NCBI GenBank assembly: GCA_048571215.1
Contig: CP182352.1
Coordinates: 3,200,001 to 3,264,000, forward strand
Source: Halarcobacter sp.
Lineage (GTDB): Bacteria; Campylobacterota; Campylobacteria; Campylobacterales; Arcobacteraceae
Length of the DNA: 64,000 bases
Reading direction: 5' to 3'
Of this stretch, positions 15,001-30,000 are shown piece by piece (the first letter of the stretch is position 1; each line of letters begins with the position of its first letter). The notes under the pieces were generated by a model. The model did not search any database, had not been told where the DNA came from, and worked only from the letters and a program-made list of their open reading frames with translations. The position numbers and the translations under genes were made by a program.

Positions 15001-18000
15001 TAAAGTTCCTGCAACAGCCATTTTTTGGGAGAAGGTTAAGTCTGCCCATTCTTTAGTTTCATCAATTGATGCTGTGTATCCTAATTTTGTAGCTTCTTTT
15101 ACTTTTGCTGCATATGTTAAGTTATCAAAATCAATTTTTTCAAGATAATAACCAAGAGATTGCATAACTGCTTGTTTTTGTACAGTTGATAAATTAGCAT
15201 ATTCTGTAGTCTCTGATGGAGCAGTTGCATTTAATAATCCCCAAGGGATATCTGCATTATTATAATCTGTTCCTAAGACTAAATTCTCTTTATAATAATC
15301 TAATTCAAATAATACAGCATATTGTTGAGTATAACTTAAGTCCTCAAAATCTGTATTTGAAGAAGGAGCTGTTGCTCCATAGGCTGACCAGTTTATAGTT
15401 TGTCCATTATATTGTGAACCTGAAACAGTTATTTCACTTATTAAGTCTTCAATTGATACATCTACAAAGATATTTTTACTTAAATCAGATAATGTTGTCG
15501 CACCTTTTTTGTAAACAATAGGTATCTCTGCCCCATAAGTTTCCCAAGAGATTGCTGCATTATTTGTATAATCAGTACCTTTTACAAAAGATGCTTTTTC
15601 ATTACCATTAACATTAACAAATTTCACTCCAGCTTCACTTGCAGATTTCCATGTTCCTGTGTTTCCAATGTCTGTAGAATCACCTGTTAAGTATTTTGCT
15701 TCACCTTGAGAAACTACTCTTAATATATCTTCTTGAGCACCTTCTGGCATAAGAATATATTTATCTTTCCAGCCATCAATTTGGATATTATAAACTTTTT
15801 GGCCTGCATCTTTCCATTCAGGTACATAAACTTGTGGGTCTGAAATAGTTCCATTTCTAACTTGGTTTTTTAAGGCATTTGTATAAGAAAACTGATATAC
15901 AGCTTTATAACCAGTTGCATTTAATACAGCTTGCTTTTGTGCGTCATTTAAACCTGTAAAAGTTTTATAATCACTTGATTTATAATCACTTGTAACTGAT
16001 TCTGCTGTTCTGTTTGGAGTTGCTTCATTTCCCGCATTTGCCCAATCAATATTATCATTTAAATAATCAATTCCTTCAATTAGAATCTCTCTAAATTTAT
16101 TTCCATCTGTTGCATTTGGATTATAATATCCTACCATTTCTAAAGAAACATCCATAGTGATATAATAGTTTCCAACTACAACTTTTTCTTCACCTACTTG
16201 CTCTGTTAATCTTGTAGAAACCCAAGTGATTTTAGGAACTTGTATTTGTTCTGCATGTGGAATACTTCCAGATACAACTGTATATTCTTTTGTATATGTA
16301 GTAACAACAGGTATTTCAACTTTAACATCACCAGATACAGAACTGTCTGCATTAACTGTAATATCATTTCCTGCTTGAGCAGTTATATCTCCATCAATTG
16401 CAGTTATAACACCTTGTTTTGAAATAAGTATATTGCCGTTTGTTAGACTTACAGATGATATTACACCTTCTAAAACAGCATTTGTGTTATCAGTATCTAT
16501 CCCTGCATTTAAATCTATATCATTTTTAGATTTTACAGTTCCTGTTATAATTAGGTCTTTACCAACATTTATTAATAGTCGAGAGTTATTCCCTGTTGTT
16601 TCAACAATACCATAGATTCTTGCAGTTGATGCAATAATATGAACTAAATTATCTGCTCTAACATATCCCTCTTCAGGTAAAGCTGCTGTATAAAAAGTTT
16701 CTGATGCTCTTAGAGTAATAGATGAGTTAGCACTTCTTGCAAATATATGTCCATCTATAATATTTATATTTTTTGAAATCACTTCAATATTATTTTTAGC
16801 TTCAACATTACCCATAATAGTTACATCTGAAGCAAGAACCTCAATATAAATTGAATCAGTTAATGCTACATTTTCATTATTTACTTCTACTACTTCACCT
16901 AAATTCCCTTTTATTAAAATTGAATTTTGAGAATACAATTCTATGCTACCTGAATCAGATGTTTTAACACTTCCTCCTGAAATATAGTCATCATTATCAT
17001 CTGTAATAAAACTATTTATAATAATACCAGCACCTGTTGTACTCGTACCACCTTTTAGAACTATCTTATCATCTGCATGTACAACACCATCAATTAGAAG
17101 AAGTGAATAACTTGTAATATTTAAATCAGCCCCATCATCAGTACTTTTAATATTTCCATATATTTGAATATCTCCATCACTTATGATGTTTATTACTCCA
17201 TCTGCTGTATCTGCAAATTGTCCATTTGTTGTAACATCAACTGCAATTATACTTTCAGAAGAAACAGAAAGACCAACTCTATTTACATCTTCACCAGTAG
17301 TAATAGAGATACTTCCTGTTGATTCAATATTGGCACCCCACGTAATTAGATTATTATTCTCATCTAAACCATTACCACCTAATATTGTACTACCTTGTGT
17401 TGTAATACTTATTTTTCCTAATGATGCAAGCCATTTTGATTTGTTTGCATCTGTATCAAAACTTGCCCCAGCCCTAATAGTTCCTATTGCTACAAGATTA
17501 TTAGCTGTAATTTTTATTTCGTTTTTACTTAAAATTTGTGCATCAAAGCCTACAAAAATATCTCCTTCAGCTCTTACATCTACATATCCATTTGCATCTA
17601 AGATAACAGCACCAGCACTTTCAACTCCATCTTGTGGTGTTGTATCTCCTAGATAAATATCTCCATCTGAATATAATTTTAAATGTTGGTTTGGATTATC
17701 AATTATTAATTTAAGGTTATTTAAAACTATATCTTCAGTTGTTTGAATTTTCATAGAACCATCAAGCTCTACAACCCCTTGTAGATTTACCCCTTTGTCA
17801 GCTATAAAACTTAATTCTTCATCATATAAAGAACTTGTATTTCTACTACTTAAAATTACCCCATGAACATCAATATTTCTACCACTTAGTATTATTTGAG
17901 CACCAGTTTCAATATAACCTGATTGTTTCTCAATAGATAAGTCACCTTTATATGCTAAGATAGTTAAGTTTTCAAGGTTTGTATTTACAATACCATCTTT

Positions 18001-21000
18001 ATCTTTACCAATGGTACTATTTATTACAACATCATTGTACCCTTGAATTCTGATATTTCCACCAACATCTAAAGTGGTAATAGAACTTGTACCAAAGGTT
18101 TCAATACTTGTTTCACCTTCATTTAAAACTTGACCAGCAGTTATAAAAATATCATCTTGTGCAGTTATACTACCTTTTATCTCTAAAGTATTTTTAGATT
18201 CTAAAATAATATCAGCACCTGCACCTCTTGCAATCAAATCACCTAATAAAACACCATTGTCTCCTGGATTTAGATAAATACTTCCAGATAAAGTTTCAAT
18301 TGTTCCAAATGCACCAAAATAGAAATCTTGATTACCACCATCTGTTGGTTTTTCTCCACTATAGAAATTAAGACCACTATGTGCTTTTATCCAGTTTGAT
18401 AAATATATAGAACCATTTTCTAAACCATTTTTACCAAGGTTTACAACTGAACCTTTTTGTGAAGCATCAACAGCAATTGAACTTACAGAAGATAAGTCAA
18501 CTCCTGTAGCAAAACCTAATTTATCTAAATTTATTGAATTCGATTTAATATCAAATGAATAATCTGAAGTAAGCATCAATCTTCCATCTACAACTCTTAC
18601 TGTTACTTTATTTTCAATGGTTTGAGTTGAGTTTAAAGCAGGAGTTCCTGATAGTGATTGAGTAACTGTGAAAGCAGTTGAGTTTATAGCATTTTGGATA
18701 TCTGCTTTTAAATCACTAATACTATTATTATCTAAAGTATCATTAGCACTTATTAGAACATCACCTTTTACTATGTGTGTACCTAAATCAATTTCTAAAG
18801 ATAAAGTTACATCTTGGGTTAATTGCCCATTAGCATATTCTAAGAAAGTTGAAGCTAATAACTCATCATTCCATACAGGAGCAAGGATAGCTAAATCACC
18901 ACTTGAACTTAATGTTATAGTACTATTTTCTTGTAATGTTTTGATATCAAGTCCAGCACCGATAACTAAACCTTGGTCTTTTAGATTAAAGAAATGTCCA
19001 TCTTCTCCAAGTGTCTCATCAATATCTCTTTGTGTACCATTTCCACCTCTAATATCAACTAAAGCACCTGCAACAATATCTCTACCTATTTCAACTTGAC
19101 TTTTTGATTCTATAATTACTTTTGAGTTTCCTCCATAATTATTTATCATATAACCTAGAGTTGTTCCTGTTGGATCATAATATGTATCAATAGAAGCACC
19201 TGCTGCTATTAAACCATATATTAAAGCATCATCATATGCTTTTAAAGTAATAACTCCATCAGCATCATGAGTTGCTAATTTTGCTCCTCCTGGTAAATAT
19301 ATACCGATATGATCATTGCTAACACCACCTATTATAGTTATTTCATTATTGGCTTGTATAATTCCACCAACCTCTACAATATCGCCACTTTGAGTTTCGG
19401 TATCTCCTGCAATTGATACCTTTCCTAAACTTTCAATAGTAACAGTTGAATATTCATCTGACCATGTAATATCTTCAGAAATTAAATTCCCCTGTGAATC
19501 AAAGGTTTGTTTAACTGTACCCCCTGAAAGTATCATCCCAATTGCTTCAATATCTCCAACAGTACTAATATTTATTGAACCACCTGAGTTGTCACTAGTC
19601 TCTCCCCCAACAGTTAAACCACCAGCACTTGTTATGATTAAACTTTTATTTAAATCGTCACTTGATGGAGCATTTAAGGTTTCAATTGTAATTGATTTTG
19701 AGGCTAAAATGGCAGTATTGATTAAAACTTGCTCTCCAGCTCCAATATAAACAGTTGAGTCATTACCTGCAAAGTTTATATTACCAATATCTAAGTTTAC
19801 TCCTGAAGCAACCTGTCCATGAATCTCTACATCTTTACCACCAATAACAGTGATATTATTTCCGCTACTAGTATTGTTTAATTTAGAAGTTGCATGTATA
19901 AATACACTTGTTTCTTTTACAGTATTCGTTATATCAAAAGTGTTTAAATCAACACCACCTAATATTGATATATCTCCTGTAACTTCAGCTTCACCTTCCC
20001 AATATACCCATTTGTCAGATTGAACAACTAAACTTGAGTTTTCTCCATATAAGTTGATGTTCCCTCTAACAATTGTATCTTCAGCTCCTGATATAACCAT
20101 ATCAGTATTATCTTGTAGTGAAGTTAGTGTTCCTGTAAGTAAGAAGCCATAACCTCTTTGTCCAACTAGTTCATGTTTTTCTTGAACTCTAATTTTTTCT
20201 GCAACTCCATCTCCTGTGATATCTTCCGCATAAAGGATATAACTATTTTCACCGTCAGATACAATCCATCTATTAGTTGAAGAGAATGAGGTAGTCCCCC
20301 AATCCATATTTGAGTTTGAATAATCTATACCCTCTTCAAAAGAACTAAGTAGTTTTTTGTTTTCAGCAGCATCAGCTTTATAATAGAATTTATTAGAATA
20401 TTCACTATATCCTGTTTGGTTTAATACATAATATTTTTGAGAAGCATTTAAGTCTTCAAATAAAACATCATCATCTGGAACTTCAACTTTACTCCATGTG
20501 ATTGAATCATTTGTGTAATCTCCTCCATCACCCTCAACAAAAGTTAATTTAAAATCTTCTCCATTTGTATAAACTACACCTGTGAAAAGTCTATATCCTT
20601 TTTCATTTAATACTATCTCTTTTTGTAAAGCATTTAAGTCTTTAAATTTAGCATCATCAGCTGGTTTGTTAACATCTTTCCAATCAATTGAGCTATTTGA
20701 ATAATCATCACCTTCAACTAGAGTTGTTAAAAGTTTTTTCCCATCTGCTGCATTGGTATTATAATAAATAGTATCATTGTATCTTGAATATTCAAGTGAT
20801 GTTAATACAACTTCTTGTTGAGCTAAAGTTAAAGATTCAAAAGTTGTTCCATCTTCAGGAGCTTTTACTCCTCCCCAATTGATATTTCTAACTTGGAAAT
20901 CTCCACCTGCTGTTGTAGATTTTACAATCTGTTTTCCATCTTCTAAATTAAGGTTTACATATACATCTTCATAAACTGCATATCCTAAACTTTGTGCAAC

Positions 21001-24000
21001 AACTATTTTTTGTTCTTTTGTTAAAGAGCTAAATGTAGCTGAATCATTTGGCGCTGTTATATCTCCCCAATAGATATCTTCATTTTTATAATCTGTAAGT
21101 ATCCCTTCAGTAAATGTTTTAAGATATTTTTTACCAGCATCTGCATTATAGTTATAAAATGAAACACCCTCATCATCTGTAGAGTATCCTAAACTTTGTG
21201 CAACAACTATTTTTTGAGCTGTTGTTAATTGTTCAAAGCTTGCATCTGCACTTGGAGCTCCTACACTCCCCCAATTTATTAAGTCATTGTCATAATCTGC
21301 TGAAACACCTTGTTTAAAAGAAGTTGCAAGGGTATTATTATCTAAATCAATAAATACCAAACCATCATAATATGTATAACCAGATTCAATATTTGGACCA
21401 TCACCATTTATAAGTGTTGTTATAAGTTGTTTTGTACCAGTGAAATCTTCATTAAAATAATAAGACTTATCACTTGGGTTATAAATTGTATAACCTAATG
21501 CAAGAGCAACTTGATCTTTTTGTTCATCACTTAAAGATGAAAAAGGTGTATAGTTAGATATAGAAGTGATACTTGGATTAGAACCAAGTTTTATATTATT
21601 TGTATTTAGTGCATCTATGATTTCTTGAGGTAAAGTCCCACTATTTATACTATCTTCTAAAGCTTTTGTATAATCTACATAGGTTAGATTTTCCCCTGGA
21701 ATTGTATCAAAATAATCTGCATGATCACTGTCTGAACCACCACCTATTAGATTCATTGCTCCTGATGATGTGATAGCTCCCGCTAGTTTCATCTCACCAG
21801 TTGTTTCTAAGGTAATAGATGAATCAGCACCAGTTTTTTCAAACTCTTTTGTATCTTGATTCCATTTAGCACCTGCAGTAATAGAACCACCACTATTAAT
21901 ATGTAAATAATCATCTGCACTTAAGTTAATAGAAGAGTTTGCTTCTCTTGCAGCTATAACTGCACCTTCTAATACTGTAAGACCTGTGTTTGATGACATA
22001 GTTATAGTTGAATTAGAACCAAAAGCCTTTATTGTAGTGGCACTATAAATTGAAGCTGCAGTATTTAAAGTGATTGTTGCTCCACTATTATATGTTGCAA
22101 AAACACTCCCTTGGTCTGCTGTGAAACTATTTGCTTCTGTCCCATAACCAACAATTGGGTTTGCACCAGTTGTTGAGTGGATATTAACATTTATACTGTC
22201 ATCAGCTCTTAACCATCCTGTTAAAATTAATTGCTCATCTAATTTTATATCTATATCTTTTGCATAGATTCCAGAGTCTGGAGTCCCCAATGGAGCATGA
22301 GTATTTGTTTTTCTAACTTCCATATATCTTGCAACAATTTCAATTTTGTCAGTAGATTTTACATCTCCTACTACATTTATTCTTCCTGCAAAAATAGAAA
22401 GATAATCAGTTAATTTTGCGTTAAATGAAAAGTTACCAATAATGCTATCTTCTAAATCTCCAAGATAGGTAGTTGTAGATGTTGTTTCATCTCCAATTGT
22501 AATATGAGAGAAACCATTTTTAAATGCAGAGAAGTCTTGCATAGATAAATGCATAAAACCATTTGCTAAACTATCTGATTTATCAATACCATATGTAGTT
22601 TGTGCAGCAGAACCTAAGTTATAGTTTTGGCTTGAAGATTTTGCTTTGATTGTTAAGTTACCAGTACCTATAACTTTGTCATTACCTGACTCTAACTCTA
22701 TATCATCTGCAATGATAGAAATATCTCCACCAGAAGTTGAGGTACTAATAGCACCAGAACTTAATGTTAATTGAGATTCATATGCATTTAATGTAATATC
22801 AATATTCCCATTTACTGTATAAATACCACCATTCGCTTTATTGTCATCAACAACTACTAAATCATTTTTTTCTATAATTGTGATATTCCCATTTGTATTA
22901 CTTGTGTTAACTATATTTATCTCTTTAACATCAGTAACTATATCCCCAATTATTCCATTTGATACTAAGCTTAATCTTGCAGTTGGTGCTATAAATTCAA
23001 GATCACTTACATTGATAGTTCCGTTAGATAATACTGTTAGCCCAGTATTTCCCCAAGTATCACCTTGAGAATTATTTTTTATTGTTGTAGATGTTGAAGT
23101 GTCTCTTACTTGAATCATCTCTAATGAATCGGTAGTATTTATTGTAATTCCGCCATAATTAAATAGTCTATTTCCTACTATAAGATCTTTATCTGATAGA
23201 ATATCAATAAAAACTTTATCATAACCACTTCCACCATCAATAGTTACAGTACCATTTTCAGTGATATTAATAATATCATCTCCACCTGCACTATTTACAG
23301 TATTGATTCCACCACCCATATCAATGATTTCACTTACATCTCCACCAATAAATTTGTCGTTTCCATCTTCACCGTAATATTTGATATTTGATGTTCCACC
23401 ACCAACAAGTAGGTCATTTCCTGAACCACCTCTAATAATACTATTTGATGCTCCACCTGCAATAATAAAGGTATCTTTACCATCACCTCCATCAAAAATT
23501 AATGTTTTTGTTACACTAGGATCGACAATGATTACATCATTACCTTCTCCTCCTGAACCATAAATTGTTTTTACTCCTGAGTAGGTTTTCTCTACACCCA
23601 TAGATTTTAATAAGATATTACCATTTTTATCTTCACTAATATTATAAGTTTCATGAATAACATCTTCATATAAATTACCTATTGCTCTATTTGCAGGAGT
23701 TTCTCTTTCTAGCCATCTATCACCCATATTTAAGTAAAGGGCATCACCTACTTGAGTTGCAATAATTGGTAAATCTCCCCAACTCCAAGTGATATCACCT
23801 GAGAAACTAATCCCTGCAACAGTTACTGAAGCTTGTAAATATGCACTAGCGGCTGTTAGTTCAATCTCACCTCTAAAACCAGCTAATGTTTCGTTTATTT
23901 CAAATAACCCAAGGTTTATATGTACATCAACACTTCCATATAACACTAATCCAACTATTGGACCTTTTTCAATGGTATTCCCAAAAGTCATCTCAACACC

Positions 24001-27000
24001 AGAAGTTATTTTAATAACCCCTAAGTCTATATTAAATCCAGCTTCACCTTCAATTAAGAAGTAACCATCACTTCTTAAGTAACCACTAATCCCTACATTT
24101 AAAATTCCAAAGAAGTCAACACTTGCATCATCAATTCTAAGTTCAAATACATTATCAACTATGCTAATTGAACCTTCAAAATTAGCTTTTAAGGCTAAAA
24201 TATTTAGCTTACCATCTAATTCTAGATTAAATAATGTCCCTTTTTCTACTCCTGCATAAACATTATTTTTACTTGTGTTAATTTGCACTTTTGCATTTGC
24301 ATCAATTCCAATAATACTTGCAAGTCCAAAAGAGATATCTGTTTCTAAACTCATCGCAAAAACAGCACCTTCATCTGCTGTATTTAATATAGATATAGCA
24401 CCATCTACATTAAGCTCTCCAAATTCTGCCAAATCAAGTTTTAATGCAGCATCTGCTTCAAAACCTTCTTCATTTACCTTAAGTGATATCTCACCATAAA
24501 GTGAAATAGCACCAGCTATTTTTATATTTGCAGTACCTGCAATAAATAATGTGCTTGCTGCAATATCCTCATCTACAAATTTTCCTGTTAATTGACCATT
24601 AGCATCTATTTCTAGTGCTTTTACACTTTGTTTTGAAGATGTAGTATTTACTTGTAATAAAAAACCACCTGATAGAGTAAATGCAGTTGCATCAATTAAT
24701 GGTGAGCCACCATTAAATGGATTCCCTAGCATCAATGAACCATAAAAACCACCCTCTGTTATACCTAATGTTCCAGTTACACCAATAGGCTCAATCACTG
24801 GTAAGTCTAAAATAGCTCCCACACTTAATACGATCCTAGTGTCCGTAAATAAAAAGTCAATATCACCTTTTAAGTCTAAGGCACTTAATAGATTTAATGT
24901 ACCTTTAGCTTCAAGCATCACATAGAAACTCATATCATCATCTTGGTAAGCTTCAGGTTTTGCTAAAATTGTTAGAGTTTCATAATCTACTTTATCTAAG
25001 AATTTTTCAGGAACTACATAAGTTATATCTTTTCCTGTTGTATTTATTGTTAAATCCAATTGCTCTATATTTAAAGTCATAACTGGACCTAAGTCAATAC
25101 CTGCATTTAATCTCGCTGTTAATGCCAACCCATCTTTGTCTATATATATAAGTGCAGATACAGCAGCTGTTATACTTATTGTACTATCATTTCCAATGAT
25201 TCCATCACCATCAATAAATAGCGTTAATCCTTCTGTATCTACACTTAGCTGGAAAACTGCTTGTAAAGAGAATACTCCCATTGTTTGTAAAGAAAGTTCA
25301 CCTGAAATATCTATAACAAATTCTTCATATTTTAAAACAATTGGATTTGCTTTATCTCCTGTTTCAATAGCATAACCTGTTTGTGTAGTACCATTTTCAT
25401 CTATCCAAGTTGATTTTGAGAAATCAACAGTCACTACACCAATTCCTATTGATGAGATATTTGCATTAAATTCAAGTTGTTCTATCTCTACTTCAACAAC
25501 ATCTGATGTTCCAACTAAACCAACTCTATCAATGCTTGTTGCAACAGCAAAATAAACATTAGTTAAGGTACCAACTTCTCTCATAAGGGTGGCACCTAAA
25601 TCCAAATCAGTAATTGCTAAACCTATTGCTGAAGAGTTAGTTGTATCTGCTTCTGTTATTCTTCCATCATTGTTTGTATCTTGATAATAATCTCCAACAC
25701 CTATAAATCCATAGGCATTAACTACTCCTAGTGATAAAGATATAACTTGAACTTCTCTTTGATCTGTTAATCGTACTGTTTCACTTCTTTTCGTAAATGC
25801 TAAAGAACCAAAAACTTGCAGACTTCCTAAAATATCTAATTTTGCATACTCTACACTAGCTTGAATAATTTCAGTATCAAAATCAATTGTGATAAAATCT
25901 AGACCCTCTTTTGATTCTTGACCTGGTGCAAGTTGGTAGCCAGTAGATACTTGTAAACCATTTGTTTCTGCAAAACTTTGTGTATAATCTATATATGGCA
26001 TTGCAGCTAATAATGTAGCTTGAGGTGGCAAACCTTTGATTAAACTTGTATTGATATTTATCTCCACACCTTCTAGTGACGCCTCAACATAATCTTCCAT
26101 ACCTATTAATGCAGCTTGATCAACGCTTGCTTTTGCAGTAACAAATTGGATTAGTCTACTTTGTATAATATCAGTTGGAGTCATAATTGCTGTTGCAAAA
26201 TTAACATTATCTATAAGTATTCCAGTAGCATTTGGATTTATTATTTCATAATCATTGTATGGATTACCATCACCATCAGAATCATAATCTAAATAGATAT
26301 CTTTCTTGTATGGACCACCAATACCAGCAAAACCAACCAAGTTTGCACCACCTAAAGTCATGATTGAAACCTCTTTTTCTCCACTAGGATAAAGTGTTTC
26401 AAAGTCTCCACTATCTACGAATACATTTGTTACTGTACCTTTTTCAAAAGAAAGAGAACCACTAAGATATAAGAATTCACTAACTTGAATAACTGCATTT
26501 CCTATTTCTGCACTTATTTTTTCATTCCCATCATAATCAATGGTCATTGATGTATCACCACCAGTTGGTATGACAAAGCCACCAGTAGAAGCAAAACTAT
26601 TTTCCCAATCTATAACAGCAGGACCCATATCTAAAGGCCATGAAGGTCCTGTATTTATTTGAATATCAATATCTCTAACATCTATTGTTAATACATTTTC
26701 CAAGCCCATAAATGCAGCTTTATCTGCAGTTGCTCTTACTGCTATAAATTCATCTAGGATTGGATTAATTATAGGAGATGTTGTAGTCATTATTGCCATT
26801 GCAAAATCAAGATTATCTATTGTTAAACCAACTGCATCATTATTGATTACATAGTCATTGTAAGGATTTCCATCCCCATCAGTGTCTGTAGATAAATCTT
26901 CATCAGCTTTATATGGTCCATTAATACCTACAAATGCTTGAACATTTGAAGCCCCAATAGTCATAGAAGCTACTTCAACTCCTTTAAGTAAAGAGTATGT

Positions 27001-30000
27001 TGAACCTGTTGTTGCTGCATCAAATAATGGATCTATAATAGGTTCAAAGTAATCTTTTTGACTAGCAGGTAATCCTGTTGCTATGTCTACTAGGTATGTA
27101 GGGCCTTTTTCGAAACTCATCCCTCCCTGAATATAGAGGAACTCACTAACTTGAAGTTTAGCTTGACCTATATCTACTCCAATTCTTTGGTTCCCATCAA
27201 AGTTTATATCCATTGAAGTTCCACCACCAGTTGGTATACTAAATATACCATCACCAGCACCAGCACTTGTCTCAAAGCTAGATGACCAATCAATAACAGC
27301 TGGTCCATATCCACCTAGCCATTCTGGTCCATCATTTACATTTATTGTAATATCATAAGCTTCAAGTACTAAGTTATCTCCAAAACCTACTAGTCCACCC
27401 ATTGCTGCTGTTGCTTTTACTGCTGTAAATCTATCTAATACTGGATTGATTATTGGTGATGTTGTATCCATAATCGCCATACCAAAATCTAAATCATCAA
27501 TTGTTACACCCATAGCATCATTATTTATTACATAGTCATTATAATTATTGCCATCTGTATATATTGAAGATAAAGTTCCATCAGTATTATAGATTAAACC
27601 TTTATATTTACCATTTGAATCTTTAGCCCAAGTTGTTAAATCTATTTCAGAACCTAAATCTTCATCAGCTTTATATGGTCCATTTAATCCTACGAATGCT
27701 TGTATATTAGATGCTCCAATAGTCATTGAAGCTACTTCAACATCATTTAACATTGAGTATGTTGAACCTGTTGCTGCTGCATCAAATAATGGATTTACTA
27801 AAGGACTTAATGTACTTTCTAAGTTTGCTGGTAAGCCTGTTGCTACATCTACTAAATATGTAGGACCTTTCTCAAATGCAAAGCCACCTTGTAGATATAC
27901 AAATTCACTAACTTGAAGTTTAGCTTGACCTATATCTACTCCAATTCTTTGGTTCCCATCAAAGTTTATATCCATTGAAGTTCCACCACCAGTTGGTATA
28001 CTAAATATACCATCACCAGCACCAGCACTTGTCTCAAAGCTAGATGACCAATCAATAACAGCTGGTCCATATCCACCTAGCCATTCTGGTCCATCATTTA
28101 CATTTATTGTAATATCATAAGCTTCAAGTACTAAGTTATCTCCAAAACCTACTAGTCCACCCATTGCTGCTGTTGCTTTTACTGCTGTAAATCTATCTAA
28201 TACTGGATTGATTATTGGTGATGTTGTATCCATAATCGCCATACCAAAATCTAAATCATCAATTGTTACACCCATAGCATCATTATTTATTACATAGTCA
28301 TTATAATTATTGCCATCTGTATATATTGAAGATAAAGTTCCATCAGTATTATAGATTAAACCTTTATATTTACCATTTGAATCTTTAGCCCAAGTTGTTA
28401 AATCTATTTCAGAACCTAAATCTTCATCAGCTTTATATGGTCCATTTAATCCTACGAATGCTTGTATATTAGATGCTCCAATAGTCATTGAAGCTACTTC
28501 AACATCATTTAACATTGAGTATGTTGAACCTGTTGCTGCTGCATCAAATAATGGATTTACTAAAGGACTTAATGTACTTTCTAAGTTTGCTGGTAAGCCT
28601 GTTGCTACATCTACTAAATATGTAGGACCTTTCTCAAATGCAAAGCCACCTTGTAGATATACAAATTCACTAACTTGAAGTTTAGCTTGACCTATATCTA
28701 CTCCAATTCTTTGGTTCCCATCAAAGTTTATATCCATTGAAGTTCCACCACCAGTTGGTATACTAAATATACCATCACCAGCACCAGCACTTGTCTCAAA
28801 GCTAGATGACCAATCAATAACAGCTGGTCCATATCCACCTAGCCATTCTGGTCCATCATTTACATTTATTGTAATATCATAAGCTTCAAGTACTAAGTTA
28901 TCTCCAAAACCTACTAGTCCACCCATTGCTGCTGTTGCTTTTACTGCTGTAAATCTATCTAATACTGGATTGATTATTGGTGATGTTGTATCCATAATCG
29001 CCATACCAAAATCTAAATCATCAATTGTTACACCCATAGCATCATTATTTATTACATAGTCATTATAATTATTGCCATCTGTATATATTGAAGATAAAGT
29101 TCCATCAGTATTATAGATTAAACCTTTATATTTACCATTTGAATCTTTAGCCCAAGTTGTTAAATCTATTTCAGAACCTAAATCTTCATCAGCTTTATAT
29201 GGTCCATTTAATCCTACGAATGCTTGTATATTAGATGCTCCAATAGTCATTGAAGCTACTTCAACATCATTTAACATTGAGTATGTTGAACCTGTTGCTG
29301 CTGCATCAAATAATGGATTTACTAAAGGACTTAATGTACTTTCTAAGTTTGCTGGTAAGCCTGTTGCTACATCTACTAAATATGTAGGACCTTTCTCAAA
29401 TGCAAAGCCACCTTGTAGATATACAAATTCACTAACTTGAAGTTTAGCTTGACCTATATCTACTCCAATTCTTTGGTTCCCATCAAAGTTTATATCCATT
29501 GAAGTTCCACCACCAGTTGGTATACTAAATATACCATCACCAGCACCAGCACTTGTCTCAAAGCTAGATGACCAATCAATAACAGCTGGTCCATATCCAC
29601 CTAGCCATTCTGGTCCATCATTTACATTTATTGTAATATCATAAGCTTCAAGTACTAAGTTATCTCCAAAACCTACTAGTCCACCCATTGCTGCTGTTGC
29701 TTTTACTGCTGTAAATCTATCTAATACTGGATTGATTATTGGTGATGTTGTATCCATAATCGCCATACCAAAATCTAAATCATCAATTGTTACACCCATA
29801 GCATCATTATTTATTACATAGTCATTATAATTATTGCCATCTGTATATATTGAAGATAAAGTTCCATCAGTATTATAGATTAAACCTTTATATTTACCAT
29901 TTGAATCTTTAGCCCAAGTTGTTAAATCTATTTCAGAACCTAAATCTTCATCAGCTTTATATGGTCCATTTAATCCTACGAATGCTTGTATATTAGATGC

